64,000 bases of DNA, from positions 8,308,001-8,372,000 of the forward strand of contig OX597816.1 in NCBI GenBank assembly GCA_951406725.2, in the 5' to 3' direction. Source of the stretch: Octopus vulgaris. Taxonomy: Eukaryota. Position numbers and translations under genes: made by a program. Positions 62,101 to 64,000 of this stretch are shown one piece after another. Each line of letters begins with the position of its first letter. Within the stretch, counting starts at the first letter, position 1. Below the pieces are notes generated by a model that was given only the letters and a program-made list of their open reading frames with translations, was not told the origin of the DNA and ran no database searches.

Positions 62101-62193
62101 TTTCAATGGAAGAAACTCAAGGATTACATCCGCATTGAGTTGGTATCAGGGCCTCCTTCTCAGCTTATTATTCCAGGATGGGACTTGGATGAG
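2280..62193 (+). CDS. SMCHD1: SMCHD1 orthologue, 31 coding exons, about 1263 aa, 3'-incomplete (SMC hinge beyond window end)
   Basis: Spliced translation is collinear with human SMCHD1 as recalled: [90 protein letters not shown]. All introns GT-AG, phases compatible, total 3789 nt. Confidence 0.97.
5592..6315 (-). mobile_element. RTE-type LINE 3' fragment: ORF end plus 3'UTR and (GAT)n tail
   Basis: [19 protein letters not shown]...DQNLWRYAV followed by the common 3' module ending gttaaacgacaatgacgatgatg. Confidence 0.8.
6850..7910 (+). mobile_element. RTE 3' tail copy with hairpin array (about 6850-7258) followed by a degraded RTE ORF fragment
   Basis: Tail consensus match; downstream segment homologous to other RTE fragments (aaaggcagatt..tatgat). 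Confidence 0.7.
8075..8488 (+). mobile_element. Old tRNA/CORE-like SINE with RTE-derived tail
   Basis: Head homologous to SINE family A (gttcagtccc..gcaccttg); ends ggcatccagctgta...ccagcatggaaaagtggac..atgatga; partial second copy at about 13740-14005. Confidence 0.65.
8950..12770 (-). mobile_element. Long degenerate RTE-type LINE interrupted by younger insertions
   Basis: Minus strand reads [11 protein letters not shown] near 9810-9840, [18 protein letters not shown] near 11070-11135, endonuclease-like DDFNNH near 12680-12700; interrupted by tail copies (10195-10443, 10790-11062) and a MITE. Confidence 0.65.
11818..12332. mobile_element. Tc1/mariner-superfamily MITE (TIR ccrtaaatcctcgagtataat)
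   Basis: About 21-bp TIRs; closely related copy in opposite orientation at 61180-61689. Confidence 0.85.
14220..14928 (-). mobile_element. RTE ORF fragment carrying a nested fold-back element
   Basis: [12 protein letters not shown]...[26 protein letters not shown]. Confidence 0.8.
14464..14694. mobile_element. Fold-back Penelope-like insertion, copy 1
   Basis: About 80-bp inverted arms; TSD tcttttgaa (14455-14463 / 14695-14703); same family as the 57376 and 57934 copies. Confidence 0.7.
14940..15151 (-). mobile_element. SINE family B, Tx1-like tail
   Basis: B-box gagttcaaattcc on minus strand; TSD tagcaaatata (14929-14939 / 15152-15162). Confidence 0.85.
15785..15978. mobile_element. hAT-like MITE
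   Basis: TIR taggggtctccaaa / tttggagacccctg; imperfect 8-bp TSD. Confidence 0.65.
16355..16430 (+). CDS. SMCHD1: SMCHD1 exon 2 ([25 protein letters not shown])
   Basis: ttgcag acceptor, gtaagt donor, phase 0 to 1; resembles human FVITTTSRKEI. Confidence 0.85.
16766..17130 (-). mobile_element. SINE family A (tRNA head, CORE-like ccttgggcaagt, internal microsatellite)
   Basis: Matches consensus of 9+ copies in window; probably related to the described octopus OK/OR SINEs (family not assigned). Confidence 0.88.
17180..18590 (+). mobile_element. Degraded CR1/L2-group LINE fragments with nested RTE tail (18005-18345)
   Basis: [13 protein letters not shown] (endonuclease end); LLFLVFLDD...[12 protein letters not shown] (YADD-like). 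Confidence 0.55.
19340..19498 (+). CDS. SMCHD1: SMCHD1 exon 3 ([10 protein letters not shown]...[13 protein letters not shown])
   Basis: ttacag / gtgagt; near-identical to the human ATPase N-terminal motif. Confidence 0.96.
20075..20378 (-). mobile_element. tRNA-derived SINE family C
   Basis: Minus strand gtggcccagtggttagg (A box) and ggtttcgattctc (B box); tail shared with about 37025-37285. Confidence 0.75.
20400..20760 (+). mobile_element. RTE/RTE-X-like LINE ORF 3' remnant
   Basis: [24 protein letters not shown]...AQD. Confidence 0.55.
21171..21358. repeat. Perfect 73-bp inverted repeat with 42-nt spacer
   Basis: 21171-21243 is the exact reverse complement of 21286-21358. Confidence 0.97.
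21645..21855 (+). mobile_element. SINE family B with tail type 2 (ttgtgccaaaatttgaaaccaat)
   Basis: Head and core homologous to the 43231 copy; same tail at about 42685-42870 (-) and 44395-44502 (+). Confidence 0.7.
21955..22430 (+). mobile_element. RTE LINE 3' end
   Basis: [15 protein letters not shown] end plus tail with (GAT)n. Confidence 0.8.
22930..23150 (-). mobile_element. SINE family B with tail type 3 (ggccttgtgcctatagtagaaaggattatta)
   Basis: Same head and core, different tail; ends about 45 nt before exon 4. Confidence 0.7.
23195..23277 (+). CDS. SMCHD1: SMCHD1 exon 4, GHKL motif I ([11 protein letters not shown])
   Basis: taag / gtgagt; catalytic Glu codon at 23209-23211. Confidence 0.96.
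23377..23507 (+). CDS. SMCHD1: SMCHD1 exon 5, GHKL motif II (VLDNGKGMT...[13 protein letters not shown])
   Basis: aacag / gtgagt, phase 0 to 2. Confidence 0.96.
24114..24329. mobile_element. mariner-like MITE
   Basis: TIR tgaggggatgctgaaaagttcct / aggaacctttcagcaccccctca. Confidence 0.7.
26975..27945. mobile_element. Tail-to-tail pair of family A SINEs (26975-27335 +, 27570-27945 -)
   Basis: Consensus match on opposite strands. Confidence 0.85.
28508..28627. repeat. 49-bp-arm inverted repeat, 22-nt loop
   Basis: 28508-28556 vs 28579-28627, 5 non-Watson-Crick positions. Confidence 0.9.
29080..29209 (+). CDS. SMCHD1: SMCHD1 exon 6, GHKL motif III ([17 protein letters not shown])
   Basis: tagcag tandem acceptor (start 29080 or 29083), donor gtcagt. 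Confidence 0.93.
30002..30569 (+). mobile_element. Internally deleted mariner element
   Basis: TIR tgaggtttgatcaaaaa / tttttgatcagtcctca; remnant [14 protein letters not shown] resembling the mariner TGDExWxYxYDPE motif. Confidence 0.75.
30747..30866 (+). CDS. SMCHD1: SMCHD1 exon 7 (MITRP...[17 protein letters not shown]...RNRK)
   Basis: ttccag / gtaagt, 120 nt. Confidence 0.96.
33145..33308 (+). CDS. SMCHD1: SMCHD1 exon 8 (PGDSSH...SFTVVAITG...WCRQL)
   Basis: ttcag / gtgagt, phase 0 to 2. Confidence 0.96.
33413..33646. mobile_element. hAT-like MITE
   Basis: cagtggttctctcaacc / ggttgagaagcattg with perfect 8-bp TSD atctaaat. Confidence 0.85.
33936..34164. mobile_element. piggyBac-like MITE family 1 (TTAA-flanked)
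   Basis: ttaacctttt... / ...aaagggttaa; two further tandem copies at about 52026-52235 and 52263-52475. Confidence 0.75.
34199..35140. mobile_element. Head-to-head pair of full-length family A SINEs (34199-34617 -, 34729-35140 +)
   Basis: A box tggctgtgtggt, B box ggttcagtccc; high mutual identity. Confidence 0.9.
35221..35332 (+). CDS. SMCHD1: SMCHD1 exon 9 ([13 protein letters not shown]...NIE)
   Basis: ttttcag / gtaagc. Confidence 0.96.
35893..36605 (+). mobile_element. RTE LINE 3' end with about 5-unit 62-bp hairpin array
   Basis: WDEVVKHD.. ORF end, tandem units 36130-36445, tail with (GAT)n. Confidence 0.85.
36695..36905 (+). CDS. SMCHD1: SMCHD1 exon 10 (IKLFKG...[24 protein letters not shown])
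   Basis: ttgcag / gtaagc. Confidence 0.96.
37661..37778 (+). CDS. SMCHD1: SMCHD1 exon 11 ([20 protein letters not shown])
   Basis: ttgcag / gtgagt. Confidence 0.96.
38019..38447 (-). mobile_element. RTE tail insertion with 54-bp flanking direct repeat
   Basis: 37965-38018 matches 38448-38501 (1 mismatch). Confidence 0.88.
39501..39560 (+). CDS. SMCHD1: SMCHD1 exon 12 (FDWCSAPKK...CYN)
   Basis: aacag / gtaata, 60 nt. Confidence 0.95.
39838..39961 (+). CDS. SMCHD1: SMCHD1 exon 13 ([20 protein letters not shown]...NGH)
   Basis: ttccag / gtaagt. Confidence 0.96.
41774..41968 (+). CDS. SMCHD1: SMCHD1 exon 14 ([10 protein letters not shown]...[12 protein letters not shown])
   Basis: tttcag / gtaagt, 195 nt. 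Confidence 0.96.
41990..42388 (-). mobile_element. SINE family A
   Basis: Consensus match; further copies at about 30895-31215, 48286-48687, 54806-55214 (all -) and 1-150 (+, 3' end). Confidence 0.88.
43231..43446 (+). mobile_element. SINE family B, full length, Tx1-like tail
   Basis: tggcagaatcgttag (A-box-like), gagttcaaattcc (B box), core gcctttcatcctttcgg..gataaattaagtacc; perfect 17-bp TSD aatatttgactaattaa. Confidence 0.9.
43606..43719 (+). CDS. SMCHD1: SMCHD1 exon 15 (VRISRT...[14 protein letters not shown])
   Basis: ttcag / gtataa, 114 nt. Confidence 0.95.
43927..44033 (+). CDS. SMCHD1: SMCHD1 exon 16 ([10 protein letters not shown]...KLDR...EEA)
   Basis: ccccag / gtaagg. Confidence 0.95.
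44766..45120 (+). mobile_element. tRNA-derived SINE family D
   Basis: tggctcagtagttag ... gagttcgattccc; head shared with the 37150-37285 (-) copy. Confidence 0.7.
45438..45520 (+). CDS. SMCHD1: SMCHD1 exon 17 ([10 protein letters not shown]...RPAGKTI)
   Basis: ttcag / gtaata. Confidence 0.95.
46779..46889 (+). CDS. SMCHD1: SMCHD1 exon 18 ([12 protein letters not shown]...[12 protein letters not shown])
   Basis: tttcag / gtaagt. Confidence 0.95.
47424..47501 (+). CDS. SMCHD1: SMCHD1 exon 19 ([17 protein letters not shown])
   Basis: ctctag / gtaggt. Confidence 0.95.
47507..48035 (+). repeat. Tandem duplication, 2 x about 260 bp
   Basis: Period 260 (ttgtacttaa ends at 47690 and 47950), scattered substitutions. 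Confidence 0.92.
48147..48266 (+). CDS. SMCHD1: SMCHD1 exon 20 (NIKNLG...LQVVLNES...IKFFVT)
   Basis: ctgtag / gtaagt, 120 nt. Confidence 0.95.
49419..49563 (+). CDS. SMCHD1: SMCHD1 exon 21 ([18 protein letters not shown])
   Basis: aacag / gtaata. Confidence 0.95.
49765..50190 (-). mobile_element. CR1/L2-group LINE ORF2 C-terminal fragment
   Basis: [22 protein letters not shown]...GPALFNIVP...[16 protein letters not shown]. Confidence 0.8.
50329..50428 (+). CDS. SMCHD1: SMCHD1 exon 22 (GLDISY...[11 protein letters not shown])
   Basis: ttttag / gtaagt. Confidence 0.93.
51941..52010 (+). CDS. SMCHD1: SMCHD1 exon 23 (NFNLTV...LKIRLLP)
   Basis: ttacag / gtaaga. Confidence 0.94.
52580..52716 (+). 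CDS. SMCHD1: SMCHD1 exon 24 ([14 protein letters not shown]...VTCK)
   Basis: gccag / gtaaaa. Confidence 0.94.
54236..54370 (+). CDS. SMCHD1: SMCHD1 exon 25 ([18 protein letters not shown])
   Basis: ttcag / gtaaaa, 135 nt. Confidence 0.94.
55343..55520 (+). CDS. SMCHD1: SMCHD1 exon 26 ([11 protein letters not shown]...AGEYMQGL)
   Basis: ctacag / gtaagt, phase 0 to 1. Confidence 0.92.
55584..55812. mobile_element. piggyBac-like MITE family 2 (ttaaccctttag / ctaaagggttaa)
   Basis: TIR plus TTAA; related copies at about 46985-47205, 51165-51670 (nested RTE tail 51198-51520) and 61008-61720 (nested MITE). Confidence 0.72.
55947..57015 (-). mobile_element. Two abutting RTE 3'-tail elements with expanded 60-bp arrays
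   Basis: (CAT)n at 55947 and 56483; about 6 near-identical units at 56093-56455. Confidence 0.85.
57376..57644. mobile_element. Fold-back Penelope-like insertion, copy 2
   Basis: Inverted arms; TSD tctattagactt (57364-57375 / 57645-57656). Confidence 0.75.
57465..57503 (-). ncRNA. Candidate minimal type I hammerhead ribozyme (U3-A8 variant)
   Basis: Minus strand aCUA-UUGAAAA-G-GUUGC aagac GCAAU-GAA-AAUU-U-UAGg; stems I-III and core positions all fit. Confidence 0.55.
57934..58208. mobile_element. Fold-back Penelope-like insertion, copy 3
   Basis: Inverted arms; TSD acagagayggtgttt (57919-57933 / 58209-58223). Confidence 0.75.
58719..58786 (+). CDS. SMCHD1: SMCHD1 exon 27 ([11 protein letters not shown]...KIK)
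   Basis: tttcag / gtatgt; resembles human FQMYDEGEREI. Confidence 0.9.
58894..59039 (+). CDS. SMCHD1: SMCHD1 exon 28 ([10 protein letters not shown]...LPDIKIPTS...YCHVS)
   Basis: gtcag / gtaagt. Confidence 0.94.
59803..59932 (+). CDS. SMCHD1: SMCHD1 exon 29 ([12 protein letters not shown]...DKNGNEITD)
   Basis: gtgcag / gtaagt. Confidence 0.9.
60713..60793 (+). CDS. SMCHD1: SMCHD1 exon 30 ([16 protein letters not shown]...GQ)
   Basis: cttcag / gtaagt, 81 nt. Confidence 0.87.
61180..61689. mobile_element. Tc1/mariner-superfamily MITE, TA-flanked, nested in a piggyBac-like MITE
   Basis: ta|ccgtaaatcctcgagta ... tactcgaggatttatgg|ta. Confidence 0.87.
62035..62193 (+). CDS. SMCHD1: SMCHD1 exon 31 ([20 protein letters not shown])
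   Basis: tttcag / gtaagc; matches human DFIRVQLISGPPAKL. Confidence 0.92.
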
Positions 62194-62508
62194 GTAAGCC
62201 TTTTCTTTCTTTCGCAACAGATTTTTCTCTTTTTATAAATACAAAGAAACTGGTGATGTGGAAGTACACTCTATTTAGATCCATAAATATCTTAAGTAAA
62301 CTCTAACTCTGCATTTGCCAACCATTAGCTACGTATACTTTATACTCTTTATAATTCAGATCTTTATTATTATCGTCTTTTCTTTTGATTCTTTGTTGTT
62401 TTCTTCATTTGGGTTTGAAACAGATTTTTTTTTCTTGTTAGTGTTGGTTTTATTATTTTGATTTTGATCTCTATTGTTCCTTTCTTCCAAGACTTTTGGT
62501 ATGTTCTA

Positions 62509-62947
62509 CAGGGTGTCCACAAAGTCTGGGTACATGGGTATTAACACATACTTTTAAAACAAAACAATTTTATTTAATTATAATGTTAATAAACAATATT
62601 TTCAACATGATTCCCATCATTTTCGATGCATGACTTGATGCGCCTTGCAAAATTCAGGTGAACTCAATTAAATAAGTCTACATTTTAGTAAAATTGATAT
62701 TTTCATCCAATTCATCTGAAAACCATTCGCACATCTACATTCGTCTATCAGGGTCGTCTTCATTTAAGTGATGCAATATCTGTAGCTTGTATGGATGAAA
62801 TTTTTCCTCACCCAGCGTTTAGAAAAGTAAAGTATTTTTTTATTTAATTTAAACAAAAGTAAAAAAGGAAAATTATTATTTCTTATATTTAATTGTTTAT
62901 GCTATCATTTTATTTACTCCATGTACCCAGATTTTGTGGACACCCTG
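62509..62947. mobile_element. Tc1/mariner non-autonomous element
   Basis: About 29-bp TIR cagggtgtccacaaagtctgggtacatgg, TA on both sides. Confidence 0.9.
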
Positions 62948-63451
62948 TATATAACCTATTTGCTAAATGGGAAGACATCTTAAAGGTTTTATCTGCCCTT
63001 GATACCCCCACCCCCCAAAAAAGAGAAACCATTATGAAATAGGAGTGGCAACAGTTATTCTTGGTGCCATTCTAGCTCTGTCTCCAAATGTCACTTAGCT
63101 GCTACTTTCAGCAAACCTTTCCCAGCTCAGTACATATAGAGCTTTTTGTTCTCTGCCAAATTCTGCCCGTTTCTTATGACTTATTTCCCCTTTGCTATTC
63201 CATAATCTTGCATTAGAATCCCTGTCTTCTCCCTCGTTCTGATAATTTTTAAGACATTCAGTAATAAACACTTCTCAATTTTTCATTTATTTACACAATA
63301 AATGTTTCTTTAGATGTTACGAAAAGTGTTTTTGTTTGCTTGAAAATTGCTCGTAAAATGGAATGCAGATAATCAAAGACTGAAATAATGCCAAAAATTA
63401 GCTTTGTGAAATATTGGGTCATCCCATAAATAATGCAGTTTTTTGTTTTTT

Positions 63452-63795
63452 CATGCCAGCGTCGCCTCGACTGGCTTCTGTGCCGGTGGCACGTAAAAAG
63501 TACCATCCGAATCGTGGCCGATGCCAGTGCCGCCTCGACTAGCTTCCGTGCCGGTGGCACGTAAAATGCACCAATCCGATCGTGGCCATTGCCAGCCTCG
63601 TCTGGCACCTGTGCGGGTGGCACGTATAAAGCACTCACTACACTCACGGAGTGGTTGGTGTTAGGAAGGGCATCCAGCTGTAGAAACACTGCCAGATCAG
63701 ACTGGAGCCTGGTGCAGCCTTCTGGCTTCCCAGATCCCCGGTCGAACCGTCCAACCCGTGCTAGCATGGAGAACGGACGTTAAACGATGATGATG
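63452..63795 (+). mobile_element. RTE 3' tail copy; others at about 12780, 24570, 25942, 32157, 32640, 38597, 39010, 40222, 44560, 45632, 53132, 54385, 57033, 60350, 61800
   Basis: Shared module gcacccactacactc..ggttggcgttaggaagggcatccagctgtagaaac..gcatggaaa.cggacgttaaacgatgatg. Confidence 0.85.
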
Positions 63796-64000
63796 TCTTT
63801 TATTTTTCAAAATTAAGATAAACAGAGTTGATGCAGGTAGTTTATCCCGTCCCCTCTCCGACTTTGATTCATGCAATTAAAAGAAATGCATTCTTGATAG
63901 GATGACCCAATATAATGTATACAAGAAAGAGTAAAATAAATTTAAAAAACTTAATAGCAATAAAAGAAATTTATTTGCCATAAAATATCTAGAATGGTTG

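Noticed and set aside
62194-64000. A further SMCHD1 exon in the last 1.8 kb
   Set aside because: No AG-bounded frame resembling the expected next segment was found; the region holds a mariner element and an RTE tail.

Overview
Eukaryotic, AT-rich and microsatellite-laden DNA. The SINE/LINE repertoire points to an octopod cephalopod (Octopus sp.; inferred). One protein-coding gene spans the window on the + strand: an SMCHD1 orthologue. I assembled 31 GT-AG coding exons by hand (2280-62193, 3789 nt, about 1263 aa, all phases compatible, no stops). They cover the UBL, GHKL ATPase, transducer, BAH-like and Ig-like linker regions; the C-terminal SMC hinge lies beyond the window end. The introns hold several tRNA-derived SINE families, RTE-type LINE fragments and over 20 copies of their 3' tail with a variable ~60-bp hairpin array, CR1/L2-group fragments, and mariner/hAT/piggyBac-like MITEs. 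A young Tx1/L1-group LINE sits in a (GATA)n array upstream. Main hunt results: (1) a fold-back, TSD-flanked Penelope-like element family carrying a minimal hammerhead ribozyme variant (U3-A8); (2) a SINE whose 3' tail matches the Tx1-like LINE 3' end, within a tail-swapping SINE system; (3) perfect or near-perfect intronic hairpins; (4) SMCHD1 itself in a cephalopod, with changes at positions matching human D420 and A667. Human comparisons are from memory and need checking; repeat boundaries are approximate unless a TSD is quoted.
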